From a virus: a DNA stretch of 64,000 nucleotides. The stretch lies in the IMG/VR virus record IMGVR_UViG_3300025684_000012, one strand, 5' to 3'. How positions within the stretch are numbered: position 1 is the stretch's first letter; each line of letters begins with the position of its first letter. The notes beneath the pieces are model-generated. The model saw only the letters and a list, made by a program, of their open reading frames with translations, was not told where the DNA came from and made no database searches. Positions 38,901 through 48,091 of the stretch are shown here, piece after piece. A program made the position numbers and the translations under genes.

Positions 38901-41315
38901 AACAGTATACTGAGAACCTGCTTCTGCAGTTAATCCAGATTTCAGTCTAAGTTTAATTGGTCCGTAATAATTATCACGCTGACCGCCATCAAACTCAAAT
39001 GACCCAGTAACGTCGTTACCTGAAGCATCAACGATCTGAACTAATTTGGTGCCATCAGCATAATCTAACGTGATAGCGGAGAGATCTAGGCTACTGGCCA
39101 ACGCTTGACGAGATACGGCATAATAGGTATAATTCTCGCCCGTAGTGCTTCCCTCTCCTTGAGTATAGTAACCGGTGTAGGTACTTGCTCTAGATCGGGT
39201 ATATGAGGAGCTACGCGTATAGTTTCCGACGAATGTACTTGCCCGGCCTGGACCAGAATAAGTGTTAGTTGCCATTCGGGTGAAAGGTAGCTCTAGAAAG
39301 TCAGGCTCACCTGGTCTAAGTTCAATCTCTAAAAATCTAGAGTATGATTCTTCTTCCACACGCGTAAAACCCGGCGCAGCGTAAATGCTGGCTCTGACCC
39401 TAGTAAAGTCTAGTGGTCGGACATAGTTACCTACGAAGTCTACATAATTTAGATTGGTAGATGTTGGAGCCGTAAAGGTAGTTGTAAACGTGGGCGTTTG
39501 AGTGCTTCCGCGAGTATACTGGAATCCTTCAGCATTAAGGGTAGTGATATCTGATGCACCACTAGCTGTAGTAATCAGCTCACCGTTCCACACAATACTT
39601 GCGGCTCCAGTTCTGTTTTCCACTCGCCACATTGTAGTACCCTGTATAAATGTTGGGCCTTGTACAGGGGCTACGCCGTCACCAATAGTAACATTTTCTG
39701 TTATAGTGACTGGGATTTTAGATCTAACCCTGGGGTTAGATGATTCAAAGTAATATGTGACTATGTATGGAGTCGAAGGCGTGAGCCCAGTAATTTTATT
39801 TGATGTTGTACTCCACCCAGTGGCAAGACCTACTCCAGTCTGGAATATTACGGGAAGATATGACCCATTAATAGTATCGGAAATTAGTATTTCACCAGAG
39901 CTGTTTGCCACAGCTTCGATTGTACGCTGTGAGGTAAAATTAGTATCAACAATACCTTGAGGACGTGAGTGAGGAAGTGGAAACAGTAACGTGTTGTCGA
40001 TTCCGCCAAGTAGGCCAGGAACTTTTAATGTGCACGAACCGCTCACTCCAGTGATAGTTGTTACGTCTCTGAAGTTAGACCCTACAGGCATTTGTATATT
40101 GAAAAGATAAAGCCTATATTCACCGCCTACGTTTTCAATAGCACGAACGTTTGCAGTCCCCCCATTACCCAAGCTAACTTGATCGAATGAGGTTAACTCG
40201 CTCAATCCGGTACTTTGGGTAGGGTCGATGATCACGTAATTACCGTATTGGGCTATTACGCTATCATTGTTTACGGTACCGGTCGCACGAGCGCGCCCGA
40301 CATCTAAATTAGTAGTACCGAAGTCTAATCGGTAGCCATCGACATAAGCAGTTCCTGGGGTGACCTCTAGATTTAGAGTTAGATCATCCTTGTCCTGCAT
40401 TATTGTTTTGAATTCGCGGGCTACATAATCCCCCGATTCTTCTTTGGTACGAGTAGCGAGTAAGTCGTTAATGATATTATAATCATCTTTAGCGTCAACT
40501 TCACGCGTGATTACCCCATTGACAATCCGAGCTACAAACACAAAGTTTTCTTCCTCTGTGAGAGCGTCGCGGGTAGTGGGAGTCAATTCAATCTTGTATC
40601 GGTGAGCACCTGGGGCTGCGGTGTTTGGAAAAGCACCCTGATTATCGTATAGAGTAACGTCTTCTCCTTCCGTAATAACACTTTCCACTACTTGGAATCC
40701 AAAGTCCACGGTTGGCTTGGAATTATACTTGTCGATGTAAGTTGATTGCTGAGGAGAGTGAACGAAATGGCCAGCAACGAAGAAAACTCCTTCGTTGACG
40801 GATATACTAGTTCCAGTACCCACAGCAGGAACGTCTCCATCTAAAGCTACGGTAAGAGGAAAGGTTGTAGCTCCTACGGGCGTTAATATCTCGCTTGGGT
40901 TGACGCGTGCAGGAACACTCGTGTCAACTACTGCAGAGGTGTCGACGTATCTAACATATAATGTTTGAGGATCTACATCAGTAGCTTCATGGTACTCTTC
41001 TACCATGAACTTGATTCCCTGCGCATTTTGGTACTGTTGTCCTACAATATTCTCGGGCACCAGAGTACCAGCTTGCAGCCGGATATACTCTTTAGAGTTG
41101 TCGATTATTGAGCCACCAGCTTTAACTGTGGCTCCTTCACGAAAGATGTTACGTCCAAACCGCGCTATCTCTTCATGGAGTATAGTCTGCAGCTCATTTA
41201 GTTCGCGAGCTTGTAGTGCTTTACCTGAATTGAATAAAACACGATGATAACCGCTTTCTTTATCATAAAAGTCACGATATGTTTCTTTAAATGTCTTACT
41301 GGTGAAATTGCTCAT
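35979..41315 (-). CDS. Large baseplate-associated virion protein (DUF4815/VrlC-like)
   Basis: YHRVLFNSGKALQARELNELQ, APGAHRYKI, RT.EESGDY, LDFRP, RFTMQDIAKLEDRI, PFMRSR and DPLAQTF. Confidence 0.88.
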   Translation of the reverse strand: MSNFTSKTFKETYRDFYDKESGYHRVLFNSGKALQARELNELQTILHEEIARFGRNIFREGATVKAGGSIIDNSKEYIRLQAGTLVPENIVGQQYQNAQGIKFMVEEYHEATDVDPQTLYVRYVDTSAVVDTSVPARVNPSEILTPVGATTFPLTVALDGDVPAVGTGTSISVNEGVFFVAGHFVHSPQQSTYIDKYNSKPTVDFGFQVVESVITEGEDVTLYDNQGAFPNTAAPGAHRYKIELTPTTRDALTEEENFVFVARIVNGVITREVDAKDDYNIINDLLATRTKEESGDYVAREFKTIMQDKDDLTLNLEVTPGTAYVDGYRLDFGTTNLDVGRARATGTVNNDSVIAQYGNYVIIDPTQSTGLSELTSFDQVSLGNGGTANVRAIENVGGEYRLYLFNIQMPVGSNFRDVTTITGVSGSCTLKVPGLLGGIDNTLLFPLPHSRPQGIVDTNFTSQRTIEAVANSSGEILISDTINGSYLPVIFQTGVGLATGWSTTSNKITGLTPSTPYIVTYYFESSNPRVRSKIPVTITENVTIGDGVAPVQGPTFIQGTTMWRVENRTGAASIVWNGELITTASGASDITTLNAEGFQYTRGSTQTPTFTTTFTAPTSTNLNYVDFVGNYVRPLDFTRVRASIYAAPGFTRVEEESYSRFLEIELRPGEPDFLELPFTRMATNTYSGPGRASTFVGNYTRSSSYTRSRASTYTGYYTQGEGSTTGENYTYYAVSRQALASSLDLSAITLDYADGTKLVQIVDASGNDVTGSFEFDGGQRDNYYGPIKLRLKSGLTAEAGSQYTVIFQHYFHGDGDYFSVESYPTIYSNVPSYKTSSGDTIQLTDVLDFRPVILADGIQSSSINTLPRNKSIISVDATYYLPRIDLLVANTLDSRGRLGTGRLQIIEGEAALDPRPPQVPVGSLSLFQIDLNAYTADKNDLSTTRIPHKRFTMQDIAKLEDRIDTLFELTTLSLLEADTATLAVLDELGNNRTKSGFIADNFRSLNFCDLNNPDYRASVEPTSGELMPSFRENSVRLAMRQSSAVKKGDVAVLPHVNTLLASQLLATGRMNINPFAVITQTGHMTLSPATDEWVEVRQLPEIMQSNVRRTSTDRTGGGRGGRVTSRIVETTIQEFLGEQVVDVEVVPFMRSREVYFRVEGLRPKTRMFAFFGNQSVQPWVRQENVFRLFSDNPRESGSEFASASGHPNGSTELVTDDNGVLIGSFFVPNTPSMSFRTGQQEFKLLDVSINDDDMAISSSRANYESVGRIDAVQRTIRSTRIVETISERIDPLAQTFFIDQVENPNGLFLTHVKVFMESKDSAIPLQVQIRPVENGIPTTRIVPGSNKFVSPSNINVVPLTPDTDIADVRLFGGTDIDFDEPVYLTPGEEYAIVLLAESVEYNAYVAETYEFILGPNQREGRVDKQPTLGSLFLSQNGSTWTPDQTRDLMFELYRAEFDTTANVVLSNTEVPKITLGPNPISVEKNSALVNIAHQGHGFNANDEVEISGVQGTIGGIPAASLNSTHLIASVSWEGYQINVGTVATASVLGGGSSVVASEQIMIDEMTPNIANITPNGTRITATVTQTSGASFGGNRNNPLYNGAYSSVGSKQVFINDLNLNDRPTIIASPDDMTFNITLSTTDTKVSPLIDLQRVSVMTLENVIDMGTAAQHITTPVILDESAVGLKILFSAHRPSTVEFEVYVKTAADESSLEVSEWVLVDADNNIPSDESRNVFREYSYTIDTDDQFNIFQARVVMQSTNSSKIPIISDFRTIALAV

Positions 41316-41323
41316 CGGTTATC

Positions 41324-42649
41324 CTAAATTGTAATCACTATTTTAATGTCTTCTTGCTGTTCAGCATCACGTCTAATACGGTATCTATTCTCAATATAAA
41401 GTACATCTCCAGAGGTTCGATCGATACCATTTTTAACCTGCTGATCGCTGATCACTCCAGTGACAACTATACCTTCTTGCGAAACACTTTCGCCAGTATT
41501 GAAGCTAACAAATCCGGTTGATTCATTTTGATGATAGTGAACCATGTTATCCTGGGATTCATTTACATATGCCACAGCACCCGTTTGCATTCCTGTAATC
41601 TTTTTACCGGGCACAAAGGGTGAGGTATCAGCTAGCTGTAATGAAGGCAACACTTTAGAAGCGGTACCCGCGAATGGTATACCTGATGGAGTAAGAGGAT
41701 TTTTTATCAATCCCATCTGACGGAATGTATTTTCTACAATAAAGGATCCACCCTCTTCGCCATTAGGTTTAATATTGAACATTATAGAGCTGGTCTTCAT
41801 ATCATTGATAGGATCAAAGCCAAGTCCATTAATGTCCGTAATCACAGCACGTAATTTACCATCAACCCCATCGCCAGTAATCACGAGAGTTGCGTGCGTA
41901 TAGCTGTGACCATAACTAGTCATTTCAACTTTAGTGATTGTGCCGTTATTAATGTAAGCTGTAGCTGTCGCTCCAGTCCCATCACCAAGAACCTCTATAG
42001 AAGGGGCATTAGTGAAGCCGGATCCAGCATCAACAATCTCTGCGCGAATAATTTGTCCTGCGACCGCCGCTTCCTTAACCTGGAACTGTAAGTCTTCGAT
42101 TGAGTCGCCGCCAGCCAGTGACTCTTCTGGAAGATCTACAGGGATCCAATTTGAAGATAGATGTTGATAGATATTTTCAGGTGTTAGCGAGAATAGGAAC
42201 TTCCACACATAACCATCACCTGTTTTAAAGTGTTGGGTATGATCGACACCAAGAGCACCGTAGTTAGGCTCTATTGTTGAAACGTTGATCTCGCCAGTTT
42301 CAGTCATGCCTGTTTCTAGACAGAGGTATACTTCCTTAGCGTCGTTTAAAACGTAAGATGGGTATGGGCTATTTCCTGAATCACTCCAACCTGAGTAGAC
42401 CATTCCCGACGACCAGTTATACCGTGCGGCCGCAAAAGATGCTCCCTCAACCTTCTTGATAGATTGTAGGTTATTGCGAAACTCTTTTTCCTCCAATATA
42501 CTATCTACAGGGTTGATCACCGTATCTGTATCGTTAAAGACGTCAGACTTACCAATACCAATATAGTATTCGTTAGTTGAAGCGATAACATCATTGAGCA
42601 GGTCTCTTGCGAGATTCCTGCTCATGGTTTGTCGAATTATAGCTGGCAT
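41324..42649 (-). CDS. gp8: Baseplate wedge subunit
   Basis: RYNWSSG..Y, VYLCL, GDGYVWKFLF and SGDVLYIENR..I.R...QQEDIKIVI. Confidence 0.9.
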   Translation of the reverse strand: MPAIIRQTMSRNLARDLLNDVIASTNEYYIGIGKSDVFNDTDTVINPVDSILEEKEFRNNLQSIKKVEGASFAAARYNWSSGMVYSGWSDSGNSPYPSYVLNDAKEVYLCLETGMTETGEINVSTIEPNYGALGVDHTQHFKTGDGYVWKFLFSLTPENIYQHLSSNWIPVDLPEESLAGGDSIEDLQFQVKEAAVAGQIIRAEIVDAGSGFTNAPSIEVLGDGTGATATAYINNGTITKVEMTSYGHSYTHATLVITGDGVDGKLRAVITDINGLGFDPINDMKTSSIMFNIKPNGEEGGSFIVENTFRQMGLIKNPLTPSGIPFAGTASKVLPSLQLADTSPFVPGKKITGMQTGAVAYVNESQDNMVHYHQNESTGFVSFNTGESVSQEGIVVTGVISDQQVKNGIDRTSGDVLYIENRYRIRRDAEQQEDIKIVITI

Positions 42650-42678
42650 TGTAATATCCTGTTGAAAATCATATGAAC

Positions 42679-42686
42679 TATTTATA
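42679..42686 (-). promoter_or_regulatory. Late promoter TATAAATA
   Basis: Exact consensus upstream of gp8. Confidence 0.8.
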
Positions 42687-42695
42687 TGATTTTAA

Positions 42696-45600
42696 TTAGA
42701 TATCTCCAAGTTTTACTCGGACGTTTCCTGACGCGTCAAAAATGGTGATAGTCGTGTTGTTAATCTCCATGCGTTGACCGCTAGTAGATGACTTAACGTC
42801 AATCTGACCGGTCACTGTGGCATTGGATAGTTTAACTACACCTCCTGCTACAGTGAATGGGGAAACATCCGAAGTCCCGTTGAAGATTTGGAATTTATCA
42901 GCAACAACCTTAAATGCTGAACCGCCTGTACCATTATATAGCTCTACACCAGCAACGCGACCGTTGTTATCCAAATCCACAAAGTATCGCTGTTCGACTT
43001 CCGTTGCAGTTCCTTCAACAGCCGTCACCCTATTGGTCAATCCTGTCACAGCTGTGGCAGACGCCTTACCGTCAACGGCTGAGGATAAAGTTGTAATAGA
43101 GCTCTGAACAGTATCAATTTCACCTTCAGCAGTACTCACTCTGTTGGTGAGTGCATTCAAAGCAGTCGTTGAAGCCTTTCCGCTTACTGTACTCGTCAGC
43201 GAAGTTACGCTAGTTTGTAATGTGTCTAGCAACCCTGCTTCTGAGTTAACTTGGTTCTGTAGACTATCCAAAGCAGTCGTTGATGCTTTGGTTCCTACAT
43301 TAGTTGTCAACGAGGTAATATCACTTTGAACTGCGGTGATATCACCTTCAACTTCCGTTACTCTGTTGGTTAATGTGTTAACTGACGCCGTTGACGCTTT
43401 GGTTCCTATGGTGGTCGTTAAAGAGGTAATGTCACTCTGAACTGCGGTGATATCGCCCTCGACTTCTGTTACTCTATTGGTTAGCGTGTTGACTGATGCT
43501 GTTGATGCTTTGGTTCCTACCGTAGTGGTCAAGGATGTAATATCTGATTGAGCGGTATCGATTTCACCTTCAGCAGTACTTACTCGAGTAGTCAACGCAT
43601 TTAACGCGGTGGTCGAAGCCTTTCCGTCAACGGTGCTAGTTAGGTTTGTAATACTCTCTTGTGTAGCATCCAACCGATCACTGTCAGCATCAACACGATC
43701 TGATAGCGTAGTAACCGATGCTGTCGATGCTTTACCATCGACTGTTGTACCTAAAGCAGTTACGTTTGTATTGATAGTAGAGATGCTACCTTCAGTAGAA
43801 GTAACCCGGGTTGTTAAGTTATTGAGAGCGGTTGTAGACGCCTTACCATTGACCGTAGTGGTCAAGGAGGTCAGGTTATCTTGTACCGTATCAATCTCAC
43901 CTTCGGTAGCAGTAACACGCGTCGTTAAACCGTTCAGAGCACTCGTAGAAGCCTTGCCATCAACGGTTGTGCTAAGTGTGGTGACGTCCGATTGAACTGC
44001 TGTGATGTCCGTTTCTGTAGCTGTCACGCGCGTCGTCAATGCGTTCACGGCCGTAGTACTTGCTTTACTGTTATTCAGTCCAGTAACGCTTGTTTCGAGC
44101 GAAGTGATGTCCGATTGAGCTGCTGAGATATCCGTCTCAGTTGCATCCACTCGTGTCTCTAATGCTGACACAGCAGTTGTTGTAGCCTTGCTGCCATCGA
44201 GACCCGTAACACTAGTCTGTAATGTTGTTATATCAGACTGGGCCGCTGAGATATCAGCTTCATTAGCGGTTACACGTGTACTTAATCCAGAGATTGCTGT
44301 TGCTTGTGTTGAAAGTGTTCCCTGGGCATTGGATACGTCAGTTTCAAGTGTAGTGATATCCGACTGAGCTGTTGTAATAGATCCTTCAGCTGCCGTCACT
44401 CGAGTTGTTAAGTTATTGACCGATGTTGTTGACGCTTTACCTGAGTTGAGAGTATTGACGCTTGATTGCAGCGAAGTGACATCCGACTGAACCGATACCA
44501 ACCCATCGCTATCCAAATCCACACGAGATGTTAATGATGCAAGGGCTGTTTGAGTTGTTGTCAGAGATCCATCAATACTAGCTAGCTCAGTCTCTAGCTC
44601 GGTTACATCGGATGATATTGAGGTGATGCTACCTTCGGTAGAAGTAACGCGCGAGGTTAAATCGGACAATGATGAAGCGTTCGCCGTAATAGCAGTCCAA
44701 TTCGAATCTATACCCGACAAGTCAACCGCATTAATAGCCGCTTCCAATTGAGTGAGTTTGGACGCTTGGGTAGTAACGGTACCTTCGGTAGAAGTAACGC
44801 GTGTATCTAAACTTGTTAACGCGTCAGCGTTAGCCGCTATACCCGAAAGATCTAATCCAGCAAGATCTGCTGAGATTTGAGTTACATCTGACGCAACAGC
44901 ACTGATGTCAGTTCCTTGTTGAGTAACTGTGGTCTGTAAAGTGCTAATAGCGTCCGCATTGGCCGTAATACCGCTGAGGTCAATATTGCCCAAGTCTGCA
45001 GACAATTGAGTGACTTCACTGGCAACACTTGTCAGACGATCAGAGTCTTGGTTAACCTTAGTGGTTAGTGAAGAAATAGCATTAGCGTTTGATGTTATAC
45101 CCGATAAGTCGATATTATCCAGCTCGGCTGATAGTGTAGTAACTTCTTGCGAAAGGGATGTGATACCGCTATCATTAGATGTTACACTAGTCTCTAGGGT
45201 AGTGATGGCGTCAGCTAAAGCAACTAATGAAGCTCCTGTACTACTGTCGAGTTGTTGCAATCCAGATGTAAGTGTAACCACGTCTGACGACAGTGCCACA
45301 AGAGAATCACTATCTTGGTCTACTCTTGACGTTAATTCAGCTAGAGTTGTAGCATTCGCCTGAATACCTGAAACGTCTAATGCATCAAACTCAGCTTCCA
45401 GTTGAGTAACTGATTGCGATATGGTGCTAATTGAGTTTATATTGCTTTGTACAGTAGTCGACAGTCCTTGGATAGCGGTAGCGTTTGCTGCTATACCGCT
45501 GAGATCGATTGACCCCAAATCAGCCTCAAGTCGCGTGACGTCTGATGCAACGGCTACTAAATCACTATCGGTTGCAGTGATTCGATTGCTCAATATATTC

Positions 45601-48068
45601 TGAGCGCTGGTATTGGCATTAACGTTTGCTTGGGTGTCAATAAGCGATGCAGAGAGAGCTGTCACATCTTGAGATAGTATTACCAATGAATCGCTATCTT
45701 GATCTACACGAGTTTCTAAAGTGGATAATGCCCCACCAACAGCTTGCAATATAGCATCAGAATCAATACCGTCGCTTAACGCCGCTTCTAGAGAAGTAAC
45801 TCTTGTAGCTACAGTAGATAACGATTCGCTATCCTGATCTACGCGAGTTGTTAGAGAATCTATGGCCGAAGCGTTTGCTGCAATGCCGGATAGATCCAAA
45901 GATCCTAGATCGGCAGACAGCTGGGTAACCTCTGACGAGACTACACTGAGGGTATCACTATCAGCATCTACCCGAGCAACGAGTGATGAAATAGCGTCAG
46001 CATTTGCTGTAATGCCCGACAGGTCGATCCCTTGAAGATCGGCAGATAGCTGGGTAACCTCTGAGGCTATAATAGACACGTCGCTATCTGTAGCCGTGAT
46101 CTGAGTTTGTAAATTATTTATTGCTGCAGCAGTAGCATTGACCGCTTCACCAGCAACGTCGATATTGTTTAATTGGGTCTGAAGTGACGTTATGTCAGCA
46201 GCATTAGATACGATACTAGATTCTGTTGAGGTCACTCGCGTTGTTAAAGAGTTAACAGCCGTTACGCTTGCTGCGCGACCATCCAGGTCATTTAAATCAA
46301 TAGCTAGCTGGGTAACATCTTGCGATAATGCTGTTAATCCATCGCTAGTTTGGACTACAGACGCCTCCAATAGATTGATAGCATTAGCATTCAATGCAAT
46401 TCCGGATACGTCTATGTCGGCTAGACTGGCTTCTAGAGAAGTGATATCCGATGCTAGCGATATAACACTAGAATCGTTTGCGTCAATACGGGCAGACAGC
46501 GATTGTTCCGCAGTTGCGATTAAGTCTGTTACATATCCTGAATCCAATCCCGCATTTGCTAGTGCTGCTTCAAGCGTGGTGATATCCTGAGCTAGTATAG
46601 CAATCGCGCTATCACCCTGCTCTATCAGTGTGCGTAGTTCGTCACGAGCAGTAGCAGTACCGGATATCAAAAAGTCTGAATCAATAGCATTGACTACAGT
46701 CTCAAGTTGTGTTAAGCGAGAAGCTTCTGACGTGAGACGATCGCTGTCTAGGTTGACGCGTGCTTGCAGTGACTGCAAAGCATCAGCTGTGGATGTTAGC
46801 GTGCTGTCTGCATTAGCTAATCCTACCGTCAGCTCACTCAGGTCAATTGCCAATACTTCAACGTTACTATCGGTAGCAGTTATCTGTGTTTGTAGGTTAT
46901 TGATTGCTGATGATGTAGCGGCGATAGCTTGGCCAGAAATATCTAATGAAGATAAGTCCGTTTGAAGCTCAGTTACTTGTTGCGATAACGCTTGCAGGGC
47001 TGCGCTATCGTCATCGATACGCGTCGTAAGCTCTTGTGTAGCGGTAGCTACAGCTGAGGTAATATCTCCAGCTAAACTAACTTCAAGATCCGTGATTTCT
47101 TGCGCTAGTACTTGTACGGCACTATCAGTAAGTGTTATTTGACTAGTTAATGTGTTCTCCACATTGGAAGTCGCACTAACGATATCATTGCTAACCTGCG
47201 TCTGTAGCAGAGTAACTTGTTCAGCTAATGCTTGCAACGAATCGCTATCTAGATCAACACGAGCCTCCAGACCAGCGTATAATTGTGAGCTGGCTTGTAG
47301 TACATCACTGTCTATGTTAAGCGATTGAAGATCAGCTGATAGCTGCGTCACTTGAGAGGCTAGACTAGCCAACGAGTCACTGTCGAGATTAATGCGCGAA
47401 GTTAATGCAGTAATTGCTGTATTACTAGCTGATAGGATATAATCCGAATCTATTAGATCTAATGCTGCGCCAAGAGCCACTATATCTTGCGATAAAGTGT
47501 TTACAGCGGAGTCTGATGCAACAACCTGAGATGATAGAATACTGAAATTGTTAGTAAGCGCTTGGAGTAAATCGCTGTCGGCTGATAAACGAGCGTTGAG
47601 CTCAATAACCGCAAGAGCCACTGCCGCTTGAACGTCCGAGTCACTGACGCTCGTTTCAGCATTCTCTAAAGTCGTAACGGCAGCTGCTATGGCGTCCAGT
47701 TCTTGTTGGTTCAATTGTAGAGTAGACGCTAACTGAGCTACTTGAAGAGCAGTGACCGCGATATCGCTATCAGTGCTGCTAGCAGCTCCCTGTAGTTGCA
47801 CTAGAATAGAGTCGTGTTGGGTTATTCGATCACCCAATTGAACAACGCTGGGATCCCCAGCTATATTGACTGTCCCCGGAGTGGCCAGTTGATTATTAAC
47901 TGTGCTGAGTATTAGAGAAGATAGCGCTTCAGGGGTCAGACCATCGCCCAGCGAGACTAAACTATATAATTCAGCAAAATTATCGTTGATTTTAACAGTA
48001 GCCTGACGTAGAGTATCACCACTTCCGTCGTTAGCTCCTTGCCCGGCATTTAGAATGAGTCTAGCCAT
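42696..48068 (-). CDS. Long fibre: gp9/gp10-type baseplate anchor, ~1600-aa coiled coil, gpJ/DUF1983-like tip
   Basis: N-terminal GQGANDGSGDTLRQA..KINDNFAELY; heptad repeats; C-terminal LDNNGRVAGV...ADKFQI...PFTV...IFDASGNVRVKLG. Confidence 0.8.
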   Translation of the reverse strand: MARLILNAGQGANDGSGDTLRQATVKINDNFAELYSLVSLGDGLTPEALSSLILSTVNNQLATPGTVNIAGDPSVVQLGDRITQHDSILVQLQGAASSTDSDIAVTALQVAQLASTLQLNQQELDAIAAAVTTLENAETSVSDSDVQAAVALAVIELNARLSADSDLLQALTNNFSILSSQVVASDSAVNTLSQDIVALGAALDLIDSDYILSASNTAITALTSRINLDSDSLASLASQVTQLSADLQSLNIDSDVLQASSQLYAGLEARVDLDSDSLQALAEQVTLLQTQVSNDIVSATSNVENTLTSQITLTDSAVQVLAQEITDLEVSLAGDITSAVATATQELTTRIDDDSAALQALSQQVTELQTDLSSLDISGQAIAATSSAINNLQTQITATDSNVEVLAIDLSELTVGLANADSTLTSTADALQSLQARVNLDSDRLTSEASRLTQLETVVNAIDSDFLISGTATARDELRTLIEQGDSAIAILAQDITTLEAALANAGLDSGYVTDLIATAEQSLSARIDANDSSVISLASDITSLEASLADIDVSGIALNANAINLLEASVVQTSDGLTALSQDVTQLAIDLNDLDGRAASVTAVNSLTTRVTSTESSIVSNAADITSLQTQLNNIDVAGEAVNATAAAINNLQTQITATDSDVSIIASEVTQLSADLQGIDLSGITANADAISSLVARVDADSDTLSVVSSEVTQLSADLGSLDLSGIAANASAIDSLTTRVDQDSESLSTVATRVTSLEAALSDGIDSDAILQAVGGALSTLETRVDQDSDSLVILSQDVTALSASLIDTQANVNANTSAQNILSNRITATDSDLVAVASDVTRLEADLGSIDLSGIAANATAIQGLSTTVQSNINSISTISQSVTQLEAEFDALDVSGIQANATTLAELTSRVDQDSDSLVALSSDVVTLTSGLQQLDSSTGASLVALADAITTLETSVTSNDSGITSLSQEVTTLSAELDNIDLSGITSNANAISSLTTKVNQDSDRLTSVASEVTQLSADLGNIDLSGITANADAISTLQTTVTQQGTDISAVASDVTQISADLAGLDLSGIAANADALTSLDTRVTSTEGTVTTQASKLTQLEAAINAVDLSGIDSNWTAITANASSLSDLTSRVTSTEGSITSISSDVTELETELASIDGSLTTTQTALASLTSRVDLDSDGLVSVQSDVTSLQSSVNTLNSGKASTTSVNNLTTRVTAAEGSITTAQSDITTLETDVSNAQGTLSTQATAISGLSTRVTANEADISAAQSDITTLQTSVTGLDGSKATTTAVSALETRVDATETDISAAQSDITSLETSVTGLNNSKASTTAVNALTTRVTATETDITAVQSDVTTLSTTVDGKASTSALNGLTTRVTATEGEIDTVQDNLTSLTTTVNGKASTTALNNLTTRVTSTEGSISTINTNVTALGTTVDGKASTASVTTLSDRVDADSDRLDATQESITNLTSTVDGKASTTALNALTTRVSTAEGEIDTAQSDITSLTTTVGTKASTASVNTLTNRVTEVEGDITAVQSDITSLTTTIGTKASTASVNTLTNRVTEVEGDITAVQSDITSLTTNVGTKASTTALDSLQNQVNSEAGLLDTLQTSVTSLTSTVSGKASTTALNALTNRVSTAEGEIDTVQSSITTLSSAVDGKASATAVTGLTNRVTAVEGTATEVEQRYFVDLDNNGRVAGVELYNGTGGSAFKVVADKFQIFNGTSDVSPFTVAGGVVKLSNATVTGQIDVKSSTSGQRMEINNTTITIFDASGNVRVKLGDI
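43010..44470 (-). repeat. About 37-aa (111-bp) tandem coding repeat KAST.A...LT.RV...EG.I...QS.ITSL
   Basis: About ten imperfect copies visible in the translation. Confidence 0.8.
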
Positions 48069-48091
48069 TTTAATTCTCTTTCTCTTTATCT

